Assembly: GCA_963845065.1 (NCBI GenBank)
Contig: CAWJQQ010000008.1
Span: forward strand, 416,001 to 480,000
Direction: 5' to 3'
Origin: Nitrospirota bacterium
GTDB taxonomy: Bacteria > Nitrospirota > UBA9217
DNA length: 64,000 nt
The notes under the pieces were generated by a model. It was not told where the DNA came from and searched no databases. It saw nothing but the letters and a program-made list of their open reading frames with translations. The translations under genes were made by a program, and so were the position numbers. How positions within the stretch are numbered: the stretch's first letter is position 1; every line of letters starts with the position of its first letter. Of the stretch, positions 53,797 to 64,000 are shown piece by piece.

Positions 53797-54308
53797 TTGA
53801 AACGTCCTCAAAGCCGCTATTTTAAAGCATGTTAGGAGAGATCATGGCTCATACGGCGATAGATTGTCTCCACTGGCGTCTTGGACAGCATATTCATGAT
53901 GCTGGCAACCTGATATTCACCTTCTGATTAAGTTTTTATAAAATCAGCGAGTTAGCTTGTCCAAAATGGCACTTTCAGGACTATTTTGGACAGCAGTGGG
54001 GAGTGGTCAGTTTCTGAACATTGCACCTATGATATAATGAGCACTAGTGAATATTTCATCTTGAATTCATCATCGTAGCTCTCAAAATATACCTATTCGA
54101 TATCGTTGATGTCAACGTGATTCAGCCATATATTTTTTGGGAATGCAGTCATCGGTGGGCTATTCACTGCCAAACTGGATAATACCGTAAGACTGTGGTT
54201 AATTAGGGGTCTACTCAATAAATTGTCATGCGATAAAAGATCACTTGCTATTGTTCGGTTTCGGTCTTTAAGTTCGTGATTTGCAATATATTGATAAGGA
54301 GAATGAAA

Positions 54309-54728
54309 ATGGGAATGATTAAAGAGTTCAAAGAGTTCGCCATGCGCGGCAGCGTGATTGATATGGCTGTTGGTATTGTCATAGGTGGCGCATTTGGCAA
54401 GATCGTCAGCTCGGTTGTTAACGATATCATAATGCCGCCGATTGGCATAATTCTAGGCAACGTAGATTTTTCCAATCTAGCCATTACCCTCCAGGCAAAA
54501 ACAGCCGAGACCGAGGCCGTAACCATAAAGTATGGATCATTCATTAACACGGTGGTGGATTTTATTATTGTTGCTTTTTCGATTTTCATCGTAATCAAAC
54601 AAATGAACCGCTTCAGGAAAAAAGAGGGGACTGTACCTATGGAGCCAACGACTAGGGACTGTCCAAAATGCTACATGCTTATCAATATTAAGGCGACACG
54701 TTGTCCGCACTGCACTTCAGAACTATGA
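54309..54728 (+). CDS. mscL: Large-conductance mechanosensitive channel with a C-terminal CxxC..CxxC ribbon
   Basis: [34 protein letters not shown]...CPHC tail. Confidence 0.95.
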   Translation: MGMIKEFKEFAMRGSVIDMAVGIVIGGAFGKIVSSVVNDIIMPPIGIILGNVDFSNLAITLQAKTAETEAVTIKYGSFINTVVDFIIVAFSIFIVIKQMNRFRKKEGTVPMEPTTRDCPKCYMLINIKATRCPHCTSEL

Positions 54729-54742
54729 AGCCATCTAATGTG

Positions 54743-54821
54743 GCATAACAATATCGTCAACTCGGACATTCATCAGATTGCGCTTCATTCTGCATTTGGC
54801 TGTCAGTCATGGCGGGTATGC
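54743..54821 (+). other. Degenerate attC-like site downstream of mscL
   Basis: GCATAAC-5 nt-CGTCAACTCGGAC...GGTATGC (one mismatch to GTTATGC). Confidence 0.4.
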
Positions 54822-55440
54822 GTATGCGATTATTAACAAGTTTCGATGATGGCTTCATGAGGCAGAGATTGCAGCTAGTATGTGTTCATCATGAGGGCCG
54901 TGTCCTTATTGAATTGAAGAAGATTGTTTGAAACGTACAGCGAATAATCCTTTCTGCCGTTTGTTACAGAATCACCTTTCGGATCCTGCATACTTCATAT
55001 CAAATTAGGTATTCGGGGTGAGCCCTTTTCCTCGGCTTTTCTCACGAGCCTAAAAAAGTATCACTTCCAGCCATCAAGATGCGCCCAAAAAAATTCGGCA
55101 GAATAATTAACTGTAAAATATTTGTTGATAGCGCTTTCTTCACCCGTTAAACGAGAGTTGATATAGCGGAAAATGGTTAAATGTATTTTTTATTTTACCG
55201 ATAAGATACAAGGTCTCCCGTTCGGCTTGAAATGTGTTCAAGCAAGAACACGATGCCTTTCAATCCTGCTGGTAGATAATAAACCGAACTCTTAGCCCAG
55301 CCGGGGTAAACCTCGGCGCTTATCGAGGCATGATATTGAATTGACGACTAATTATACGATTACTTGTGATCTGTCTAACACCAGCAAACGCGTGGTTATC
55401 TATTTTTTTTTGAACATTAAATGATAAGGCAAGAGATCTT

Positions 55441-56235
55441 ATGAGGCCTGGCGTCGCGATTATCGTTGTTGCCGTATCGCTCGGATTGTGGCGAGTTTCT
55501 TTGGGTGAAGTACCTGAGCGCGTCGTTGATATTCCGACGCGACCTGGCGTAACGCAACGATTTCTCTACCTTTTGCCGGAGGATCCCAAGGCCGCAGTCA
55601 TCCTGTTTGCCGGCGGGCATGGCGGTCTTGGAATATCACCGGAAGGCGGTATGGGATGGGGGAAAGGCAACTTCCTAGTTCGTTCGCGCCGGCAATTCAC
55701 CGTGCAGGGTCTGTCGGTGGTTGTTGTTGATGCACCTTCAGATCGTCAAAGGCAGGCATTCACCGGGGGGTTCCGTCATAAGCCTGAACATGTTGCTGAT
55801 ATAAAGGCAGTGATTGCGTGGCTCAAGCAGCAAAACAACGTGCCTGTCTGGCTCATTGGTACGAGCCGGGGCACGCAATCAGCAGCATTTATCGCCACAC
55901 AATTGAGCGTCGGTGAGGGCGGTCCCGATGGTTTGGTCCTGACGTCGACAATACTGTCGGATGCCAAGGATCGTTCTGTGCTGGAAATGCCGCTTGAAAA
56001 AATCACGATACCCGTATTGGTAGTCCACCACAAGCAGGACGACTGTAAAAATTGCCCATATCGTGACATCCCTTTTCTTATGAAAAAACTGAATGGGGCT
56101 CCAAGAAAAGAATTGATCACAGTTACAGGGGGCGTAAGCCAGGGCGATCCCTGCGGGGCTTTTGCTTATCATGGCTTTAATGGCCGGGAGAAGGAAGTTG
56201 TCGGTAAAATTGCCGATTGGATCCTGTTCAAGTAA
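55441..56235 (+). CDS. Secreted alpha/beta hydrolase
   Basis: Signal peptide, LFAGGHG, GTSRG nucleophile elbow, YHGF. Confidence 0.85.
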   Translation: MRPGVAIIVVAVSLGLWRVSLGEVPERVVDIPTRPGVTQRFLYLLPEDPKAAVILFAGGHGGLGISPEGGMGWGKGNFLVRSRRQFTVQGLSVVVVDAPSDRQRQAFTGGFRHKPEHVADIKAVIAWLKQQNNVPVWLIGTSRGTQSAAFIATQLSVGEGGPDGLVLTSTILSDAKDRSVLEMPLEKITIPVLVVHHKQDDCKNCPYRDIPFLMKKLNGAPRKELITVTGGVSQGDPCGAFAYHGFNGREKEVVGKIADWILFK

Positions 56236-56671
56236 GGGCACTGCTGCAGGTAGTGCAGAGCCGAGGGAAGCCCGGCACGATGATTCCAATCAGGAAATAG
56301 AGGGGCACAGTGAGTCTTACACCCTGTCGGAGCATTCACGTGCATGATACATGATACAATAAGTTTTTAGCAGAGTTGCCAGCTACTAGAACTTGTTTGC
56401 TTGCAGGTGCTTCTTGAGGTACGTGGATCATTAGGGAAGTGAAGAATAGCTGATCAATATTAGAATATCCTGTGCGGAGCAGCAGCTTCGACTCAGCGAA
56501 TTCGTATTGCTCGTTTTTAATAAGTGCTTTCACAGTCTCGTAAATTACACGTAATGTTTAATTGATGTTGTAATTTCCCATAGTTGCCAAGTTGCCGAAT
56601 TTGAAGCGTAAGGAATTGCGGCGTAATTAAAAGGCACGGTTCCCTTCCTTAAGAGTTTCGCTGGAGAGCGC

Positions 56672-59266
56672 ATGGCCTTTCAGATATTAAATCCGGACAA
56701 CTATTTTTTTAATGGTTACGCGCTCCCCATGCTCGTCGTTGCGGCGGCGCTGACATTCCTTGGATTCTTTATCCTCGTCCTGGAGCGGGGATCCCGGATT
56801 GGAATCTATTTCCTTTTCATGTGCCTGTGCACTGGTTTGTATTTATTTGCAATGGGCGCAAATTATGCGAGCCGCGACGAGAACCTGTCGTTGCTCTGGA
56901 TCAGGATTTCTCAGCTGGGCGCCATCTTCATCCCCACCACTTTCCTTCTCCTGACCGTGGAACGTCTAAGCCTGGTCCCTCGGTATCGTTTTACTATCGC
57001 ATCCAGCATTTTTTTATCTGCATTATTTGTTCTCGGAGTTTTTTTTACTAATTTACACATCGTAGGGATCTCAACATTTTTTTGGGGCAGGTATGGCAAG
57101 TATGGACCGCTGGGTATCTTGTTCGTTGGATTTTCTTTCAGTATCAATTTCTTGGTCCACCGCCTCTACATCCTGGCCTACCGGCAAAGTTCAAATGAGC
57201 AGCAGAAGAAAAGGCTGAGAAAGCTGCTTATAGCCTTCAGCGTCGGTTACCTGTGCTCGGTTGATTTTCTGCCGGCTTTTGGCATTCCTGTCTATCCCTT
57301 CGGATATCTCCCAATAAGCTTCTTCTTTGGTTTGAGCACCTACGTCACTCTGCGTTACAAAAATATCGACATCACTCCCGAACTGGCAGCGGACCGAATT
57401 TTAGAGACTATGCGTGGTGCGGTAATCGTTATCGATCTCAATGGCAAAATCCGGGTGACCAGCTGCGTGGCTGAGGAAATGCTCGGTTATAAAAAATCGG
57501 AACTGTTCGGCATTGAAATAGTGAGAATTCTGCCCGCTCTAGCAGAATTCAACACCCCCGCTCTCTTGAGCGGGAAATCCTCGTCCCATGAGATGACATG
57601 GTACAGCAGGAACGGGCAGCGGCTTGAAGTCAGCGTCTCCCTGTCAACGATCACAAATGCGTTGTATGATACGCCGGTTGGGGTCGTTTATGTTGCATAT
57701 GACATCACGGAACGCAAAAAGGCGGAGGAGGAACTAAAGAGGAACGAAGTGTTCATAAAAAGCATTCTTGAAAGCGTTAATGAGGGGTTTGTCGTTGTGG
57801 ACAGGGACTACCGGATCATTTCGGCGAACAAGGCTTTTTGTGCAAAGTTCGAAATTACTATTGATAATGCGATCGGCAAACACTGCTATGAAGTGTCCCA
57901 CCACAGAACGCACCCGTGTTTCGAAGCCGGGGAGCCCTGCTCAGTGAAGCACACCTTCGAAACAGGAGAACACGTTGCTTTTTTGCATACTCATTACGAT
58001 GAGTACGGGAACCCCTTGTTCATTGATACAAGGTCGTATGCCATGCGGGAAGCATCAGGCGATGTGTTATCAGTGATCGAGATCTGCGTTGATGTGACCG
58101 AAAAGAAAAAAATGGAGGACCAGTACCGCCACGCGCAGAAAATGGAAGCGATTGGCCAACTTGCCGGAGGAGTGGCGCACGATTTCAACAACATCCTGTC
58201 CGCGATCATAGGCTACGGCCACCTATCGCAGATGAAACTGCGGGACGACGATCCGGTAAAACACTATGTTGACCAGATTATGCAGTCTTCGGAACGCGCA
58301 GCCGCTTTGACGCAGAGCCTGCTCGCCTTCGGTAGAAAACAGCCGGTGAAAAAAGAGATTCTCGCAGTGAACACGGTGATCAGGAATTTCGAAAAATTCC
58401 TTCACCGCCTGCTGCGCGAAGACATCGAAATGACGATCCAGTATTCTGCCATGCAGCCCATGATCAGGGCGGACCGGGGGCAGATAGAGCAAGTGGTGAT
58501 GAATCTTGTGACGAACGCGAGGGATGCTATGCCCGACAAGGGGAAACTGACTATCGATACTAAGGTCAGTGCCATGGACGAGGCATTCATGCGGATTCAC
58601 GGTTACGGCAAACAGGGCGACTATGCTATGCTGTCGGTTGCCGACACCGGCATCGGGATGAACGAGGCGACCAAAAAAAGGATCTACGAGCCTTTCTTCA
58701 CGACCAAGGAAGTGGGAAAAGGGACCGGCCTCGGACTGGCCACAGTGTATGGGATCGTAAAAGGGCACGATGGCTTCATCAATGTGTATTCCGAGCCGGG
58801 CAAAGGGAGCGTCTTCCATGTTTATTTTCCGCTGGTCCGCGCATCGGATTCAGCCCTGGAACCTCCAGAGCATAATCCGGTCCCGCTCAAGGGTGGTAGC
58901 GAAACGATCCTGCTTGCTGAGGACGACGTGAGTCTTCGCGATATGACATCGATGGTTCTCAGAGGCATGGGTTACACTGTAATCGAGGCGGAGGACGGGA
59001 ACAGTTCGGTTGTCCGGTTCATCGAGAACCGGTCGACAATCAAACTCGTCATTCTTGATGGCATCATGCCGAAGATGAACGGTCTTGAAGCGTATCAGGA
59101 TATCAGCGCTCTCAACCCGATTATACGCTGCATTTTCATGAGCGGCTATGCCGGTGAAGTATTCGCTCGGGACGGCCTGCCGGCGGGTACGGGGTTTTTA
59201 CCGAAGCCGGTAAAGCCCTCGGATCTGTTGAGCAAGGTCAGGGAAATGCTTGATCTGGAGAAGTAA
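56672..59266 (+). CDS. 7TM-PAS-PAS hybrid sensor histidine kinase/response regulator
   Basis: N-terminal multi-TM domain, two PAS domains, AGGVAHDFNN, EPFFTTK..GTGLGL, receiver VILD. Confidence 0.95.
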   Translation: MAFQILNPDNYFFNGYALPMLVVAAALTFLGFFILVLERGSRIGIYFLFMCLCTGLYLFAMGANYASRDENLSLLWIRISQLGAIFIPTTFLLLTVERLSLVPRYRFTIASSIFLSALFVLGVFFTNLHIVGISTFFWGRYGKYGPLGILFVGFSFSINFLVHRLYILAYRQSSNEQQKKRLRKLLIAFSVGYLCSVDFLPAFGIPVYPFGYLPISFFFGLSTYVTLRYKNIDITPELAADRILETMRGAVIVIDLNGKIRVTSCVAEEMLGYKKSELFGIEIVRILPALAEFNTPALLSGKSSSHEMTWYSRNGQRLEVSVSLSTITNALYDTPVGVVYVAYDITERKKAEEELKRNEVFIKSILESVNEGFVVVDRDYRIISANKAFCAKFEITIDNAIGKHCYEVSHHRTHPCFEAGEPCSVKHTFETGEHVAFLHTHYDEYGNPLFIDTRSYAMREASGDVLSVIEICVDVTEKKKMEDQYRHAQKMEAIGQLAGGVAHDFNNILSAIIGYGHLSQMKLRDDDPVKHYVDQIMQSSERAAALTQSLLAFGRKQPVKKEILAVNTVIRNFEKFLHRLLREDIEMTIQYSAMQPMIRADRGQIEQVVMNLVTNARDAMPDKGKLTIDTKVSAMDEAFMRIHGYGKQGDYAMLSVADTGIGMNEATKKRIYEPFFTTKEVGKGTGLGLATVYGIVKGHDGFINVYSEPGKGSVFHVYFPLVRASDSALEPPEHNPVPLKGGSETILLAEDDVSLRDMTSMVLRGMGYTVIEAEDGNSSVVRFIENRSTIKLVILDGIMPKMNGLEAYQDISALNPIIRCIFMSGYAGEVFARDGLPAGTGFLPKPVKPSDLLSKVREMLDLEK

Positions 59267-59332
59267 GGGGCAAAGGGGAGGAGTGAATACCCGCTCCCTT
59301 AACTCATTGTCCATGTGCATGTTAAAATCAGA

Positions 59333-59377
59333 AAAGGGCAACCCTTCCGAAATTAGAGGGTTGCTCCTTTCTTTTTT
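59333..59377 (+). terminator. Putative terminator
   Basis: AAAGGGCAACCCT / AGGGTTGCTCCTTT stem with a T-rich tail. Confidence 0.6.
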
Positions 59378-59500
59378 CACTCTTGCATGTGGATACCGCA
59401 AGAAGTCATCAGTCTCTCGTTGCACGTCTCCATGGGGATTAACGTGATAGAATATAATAAAAAAGAAAGGCTTACTGGATATGGAATGCAAGGAGGACCG

Positions 59501-60121
59501 ATGAACCCGATAGACCGTATCAAGGTGTTCCTGATCGAAGACAATGACGATGATGTCTGCCTAATCCACAAATTTCTTATCTCAAGCACGAACATGCATA
59601 TCGACGTGGAGGTGGCGGATACACTTTCGTTCGCACTTAAGCGCTTAAGAGAGGAAACGTATGATGTCATTCTGTCTGACCTCGCTCTGCCCGACAGTTG
59701 GGGATTGGATACCTTCCTCAAGGTCCATTCCGCAAATCCGGACGTCCCCATCATAATCCTGACAGGGCTGGACGATGATGCGGGCGCCCTCGAAGCGGTG
59801 CGTCGGGGTGCGCAGGACTATCTCGTCAAAGGGCATATCAACGGCAGAAACCTGGTCCGGGTCATCCGTTATTCCATCGAACGCCAGAATCTTCTGGTCC
59901 AGCTTGAAAATAGCCAGAAGGAAATAAAGACCCTGCGCGGGCTGCTCCCTATATGCGCTTCCTGCAAGAAAATACGCGATGATGAGGGATTATGGAAACA
60001 GATGGAGTCATACATCAGCGAGCATTCCCAAGCCCAGTTCACCCATGGCCTTTGCCCTGACTGTGCAATTAAAACTAAGGAAGAGATTCTCAGATATAAA
60101 CAGAGTAAGAATAGTGGCTAA
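59501..60121 (+). CDS. Response regulator with a C-terminal ICASCKKIR/THGLCPDC cysteine domain
   Basis: IEDN, ILSDLALPD, GAQDYLVK; GGAGG Shine-Dalgarno. Confidence 0.9.
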   Translation: MNPIDRIKVFLIEDNDDDVCLIHKFLISSTNMHIDVEVADTLSFALKRLREETYDVILSDLALPDSWGLDTFLKVHSANPDVPIIILTGLDDDAGALEAVRRGAQDYLVKGHINGRNLVRVIRYSIERQNLLVQLENSQKEIKTLRGLLPICASCKKIRDDEGLWKQMESYISEHSQAQFTHGLCPDCAIKTKEEILRYKQSKNSG

Positions 60122-60542
60122 CACCCTTCCCCACCAGAGAGTTGGCATAATGCGCGTTTTACTTACTGATAGCTGCAAGGTTCTGTCAATTGCTCAAAAG
60201 CTAAAGTAGAGCATTAAGAATTCATTGTCCGGCATCGTTCTTCTCCAGAAGACATAATATATTTCGAATTGTCGATCTACTTGAAAGCTACGGAGATTTG
60301 CGATTTACAGAGTACGAGAATGAATTACGCATCTTCAAAATTCGCGTCGCCGCAAGATTGTAGGTTGCCAAAGGAGCTGTCGTTTTCCAAATGAAGACAA
60401 GGCCATATGGCTGCAACGCATGATAGAAAATCCATCCTCCAAGATTAGTTGTGTTCTATTCATATAATAGAAAGTCAGGAGAACTATATAAAACGACAGC
60501 CACGGAAAACATCAAATGAATAAGCATCACCAAGGCCACTGA

Positions 60543-61378
60543 ATGGAACGGGAACTATTCGATACAGCACTGGTAGTCGAAGGCGGCGGCATGCGCGGCG
60601 TGTTCTCCACCGGCTTGCTCGACGGCTTCCTTGAGCGGAAATTCGACCCTTTCTGTCTCTGCATCGGCGTGTCCGCCGGCGCAACCAGCATTGCTGCCTA
60701 CCTTGCAGGGATGTACGGACGGAACCGAAAAATTTACGCCGAGCTCTCCGTCGGTCCGGAGTTCGTCAACCACTGGCGGTTTCTGCGTGGCGGCCATTTT
60801 ATGGATTTGGATTGGATGTGGAACCAGACAATCTCCCGGATGCGCCTCGACCTTGACCGGATCTATTCCCGGCGAAGGCCGTTCCTGGTCGGAATGACGG
60901 ACGTGAGGACCGGCGCACCGGTTTACCGTATTACGTCCGCCGCGGACCTCGAACAGGTGCTCAAGGCCTCCAGTGCACTGCCGGTCATCTACCGAGGCTT
61001 CCCCCTTGTCGATGGCCGGCCCATGACCGACGGTGGAATTTCAGACCCGATCCCCGTCGCGGAGCAAAGCGCATTATGGTTGTGCGTTCCCGTCCGTATG
61101 GCCATCGGAGCAGACCTGATCTAATGTCCATATTTGTATACTTGTTTCTTCGCGGTTATCCCGCTCTGCAATCCGCGATTAAGTCCCATGACCGCATCTA
61201 TAATGACGCAGTCGCGCTCATCCATCGTGCGCCTGACGGCGTGTCAATCATCGAGATATGCCCACCTGAAAGTTTTCGACCAGGTAGGTTCACGCGAGAT
61301 GCACGCATGCTGATCGAAGGATATGATCAAGGAAGGGCAATGGCAGACGAGGCGATAGCAAGATGGAATCGAGACTAA
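60543..61378 (+). pseudogene. Patatin-like phospholipase (YjjU/DUF6363 type), frameshifted near 61062
   Basis: EGGGMRG, GVSAG and DGG in the first frame; the C-terminal part (AKRIMVVRSRP...YDQGR) continues in another frame. Confidence 0.8.
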
Positions 61379-61602
61379 GTGAACAAACGGTCCGTAGTAA
61401 TAATTGGAGATGAATCAACTTAGGACGCGCTCAAAATGCGTTCATATATTTATGGCTACTCAATGACTGGCTCTCCGTCGCGCCAATGAGTTATGATGCA
61501 TATCATAACTCATTGGCGAAGAATAAAATATCATGTCACAATGATCCAGAGGGCCTTCTTGGGATCCACTTTTTATTTTATCCCGCTGTGCTGACAGTCA
61601 GG

Positions 61603-62174
61603 ATGCGATCAGTATTCGTCACAGCGGCCGTTTTCTCACTGTTCATCGTGACATCCTGCTCAACCCGGCACGTTCCGTAGCAGATGGCATTATCTCTTAA
61701 ATACTGATCCACCAAGATCGCAACGAAGATTCAAACACAACCAGGCGGCTTTGCCTGGGCGAATGATGGAAGAACCCTTTGCTCGGTAATTTTCTTGAGA
61801 CCGGCTCCCATATGCTGAATGAGAACCTTTCTCTATATAGAGAACTTTTTCTTTAAGATGAAAACTTTTTATACTGCAACGACCTTCAAAGGCGCCTTCC
61901 ATCAGAACCCGGACTACACCCACTGATTGGGGAATGCACCGCTGAAGCTAACGCTCTCGGAGATAAAAGTGATGCAGCCCTTCTGCGATATGTGGAGAGG
62001 CTCAAGAAAAGGACCGAGAACCTCGGTCCGGCAAGCGGGGACGACCAGAGCGAATTTGCGGACATCTAGAAGAAGCTGCGGGCATTGAATGAGATGAGTC
62101 TGAAGGGAGAGATAGCTAAGCAGGACTATCAGACACTAAAGAGCAAGCGGCTCGATGAGCAGGGGTTGAAATAG
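61603..62174 (+). pseudogene. Decayed SHOCT-domain lipoprotein gene
   Basis: MRSVFVTAAVFSLFIVTSC lipobox then stops; 3' end reads I*KKLRALNEMSLKGEIAKQDYQTLKSKRL. Confidence 0.55.
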
Positions 62175-62312
62175 AAGCATTATCTTTTTCGAAGGACGGT
62201 CTCATAGAAACATTGTGAAAGACAGAATGTGATTATGCAAATTCCTGCTAGCCCATGGCTAGGTTTGGTTTGCAGATTTCAAGCTTAAGAAACAGGAAAA
62301 AAGGAGGAAAGA

Positions 62313-63005
62313 ATGAGAGTACACGTATTGCAGCATGTCCCATTTGAAGGCTTAGGCAGCATCGCTTCGTGGCTAAAGGCCCACAGGGCAGATGTAAGCT
62401 ACACTCATTTTTATGAAGAACCCACTCTTCCGAAGCTAAACGGCCTTGATCTTGTCATCGCGATGGGCGGACCAATGAGCGTGAATGATGAATCGACCCT
62501 GCCCTGGCTCCGTATGGAAAAGCAGTTCATTCGTAACGCGGTGGTACAAGGCGTTCCCGTTCTTGGTGTCTGCCTTGGCGCGCAGCTTATCGCCAACGCC
62601 CTCGGATCACGCGTCTACCGGAATGCCCAAAAGGAAATCGGATGGTTTCAAATTGAGGCAACTCCCGGCTCTGTGGAGGTGTTTCGTTTTCCGGACAAAT
62701 GCCTGGTGTTCCACTGGCATGGTGAGACATTCGACCTTCCCAACGGTGCTGTCCGTTTGGCGAGAAGTGCTGCATGCGAAAATCAGGCATTTCAGATTGG
62801 GAAACATGTCATCGGCTTGCAGTTCCACCTTGAAACGACACCAGATAGCGCGACATCCATTTTAGCCAATTGCAAGGACGAATTGGCACAGGGGCCCTAT
62901 ATTCAAACCGATTCGGAATTGCGAGATGTGCCGCATACCGCATACGCAGAGATCAATTCTCTTATGGATAAGGTTCTTTCCTATCTGATGCGCGCTCAGA
63001 ATTGA
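62313..63005 (+). CDS. Type 1 glutamine amidotransferase
   Basis: LQHVPFEG, GGPMS, LGVCLGAQL, FHWHGETF, LQFHLE. Confidence 0.94.
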   Translation: MRVHVLQHVPFEGLGSIASWLKAHRADVSYTHFYEEPTLPKLNGLDLVIAMGGPMSVNDESTLPWLRMEKQFIRNAVVQGVPVLGVCLGAQLIANALGSRVYRNAQKEIGWFQIEATPGSVEVFRFPDKCLVFHWHGETFDLPNGAVRLARSAACENQAFQIGKHVIGLQFHLETTPDSATSILANCKDELAQGPYIQTDSELRDVPHTAYAEINSLMDKVLSYLMRAQN

Positions 63006-63261
63006 CAGACTGTATATCATTTGTTTGTGATATCCTTGGTGTTGCATGATAGGGTTGCACAAAGTAACAATACGACCAATTTTTAGACTTATTTTTTTGG
63101 TTATTACCTAAAAATGCATAATTTTTTTTCTTGACTATTCTTTACACTCCACGTATCATTGAATAGTTCATCAAATCCCTTCCATCCTGATAAAAAACGC
63201 AATATCCAAGTGCCTCCAGTGCTTTATTTGAAAGTGGAGAGAACGACGCAAGGAAATAGCA

Positions 63262-63480
63262 ATGGACTATGAGGATTACAATACAGATGCTACTGCCGCT
63301 CATAGCCACTTCGTTCATTGGTTACTTTTCATCTGCTCTATTATTCTTACAGCTTCAGGACTATGGATCGTATTAGATGCAGTGAGCTCATATGATATGA
63401 TGATGGGTGGCTTATCAATTTTCGTTTTCGGTCCGGCTGCGCTTGTAGCGGGGTATAAGTTAAAAACTGAGAAGCCATGA
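63262..63480 (+). CDS. Small two-TM membrane protein
   Basis: Two hydrophobic segments; AAGGA Shine-Dalgarno. Confidence 0.55.
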   Translation: MDYEDYNTDATAAHSHFVHWLLFICSIILTASGLWIVLDAVSSYDMMMGGLSIFVFGPAALVAGYKLKTEKP

Positions 63481-64000
63481 ATAATGCAGATCCGTTCGTT
63501 GGACCGCGATAGAGTTTTCAGGGGCTTTTGGGCTGGCGGCCAAACCAGGCGTTTTAATGCGACGCATGCACTTTGAGCAATAACGAGTTTGGATACGATT
63601 TCGATCATCACGCTTTCGCTTGAAAACCCTTGTCCATGAAATGGGGGAAAATCGGCGTCTCCTTTTCCTCTAAATTGCACAAAAACCGCTGTTGCGCTGT
63701 ATTTGTGCATGTGAAATTAATCTCACAAATCAGGCTTCTTCCAATGCAAGAGCAATCAGACACACTCCCTCCACACTTCATGCCGCCAATTCCGCCTGTA
63801 ACTACGTAAACGAACAAGCCTGGTCCTCGAAGACCTACCGGCAAGGCGCCCTGCATTACCCCCGTTACAAGGGAATCCGTACCCTGTTTGGCCTCTCCAC
63901 CCTAGCATCCAAAAGGGTGTGATTTCCAAGGTCGCCGATTCATACAAGCTTGATAGGAAAACGAAACGGACCTTTAAGCATACTCGAACGATCGTGGACG

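Larger units (their letters stand above)
52082..53998. mobile_element. Non-coding MITE (about 277 bp once the IS1380 is removed)
   Basis: IRs CACTCTTGTCCAAAATAG and CACTGCTGTCCAAAATAG (16/18 match); 9-bp TSD GGGAGTGGT at 52073-52081 and 53999-54007. Confidence 0.85.
51422..54010 (+). mobile_element. Internally deleted second copy of the tnpB element, with its right end interrupted by nested insertions
   Basis: Same TTAC|CAAACT left end; junction 51620/51621 joins copy-1 position 40202 to 41204; terminal GGGAGTGGTCAG displaced to 53999-54010. Confidence 0.92.

Overview
This is a bacterial chromosomal window of about 50% GC. Gene order suggests Nitrospirota or a deltaproteobacteria-like anaerobe (inference). 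About 1-39.6 kb is mostly housekeeping: the 3' part of an rluB-type gene, acyP, tsaB-rimI, the ilvD-ilvB-ilvN-(lipoprotein)-ilvC-psd-pssA-leuA-leuC-leuD-leuB-asd-asd cluster, a decaheme cytochrome c, a divergent XRE regulator pair, suhB, an HNH nuclease, pyrF-pyrE and a stand-alone RpoD-like sigma factor. About 40-64 kb is accessory. It holds an intact IS200/IS605-family tnpB-only element (40004-41667) with IS608-like ends (TTAC target, AAAG and GAAC guides, TCAG right end). A second copy of that element (51422-54010) has lost 1001 bp of tnpB but keeps both ends and the presumed omega-RNA region. Its right end carries a ~277-bp MITE (18-bp IRs, 9-bp TSD), which itself carries a complete IS1380 (5-bp TSD), giving a three-level nest. 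The accessory region also has a probable group II intron 5' remnant, several pseudogenes, and a co-oriented run of unrelated genes with attC-like remnants. I saw no tRNA, rRNA or CRISPR array. All calls come from reading motifs by eye; no database search was run.
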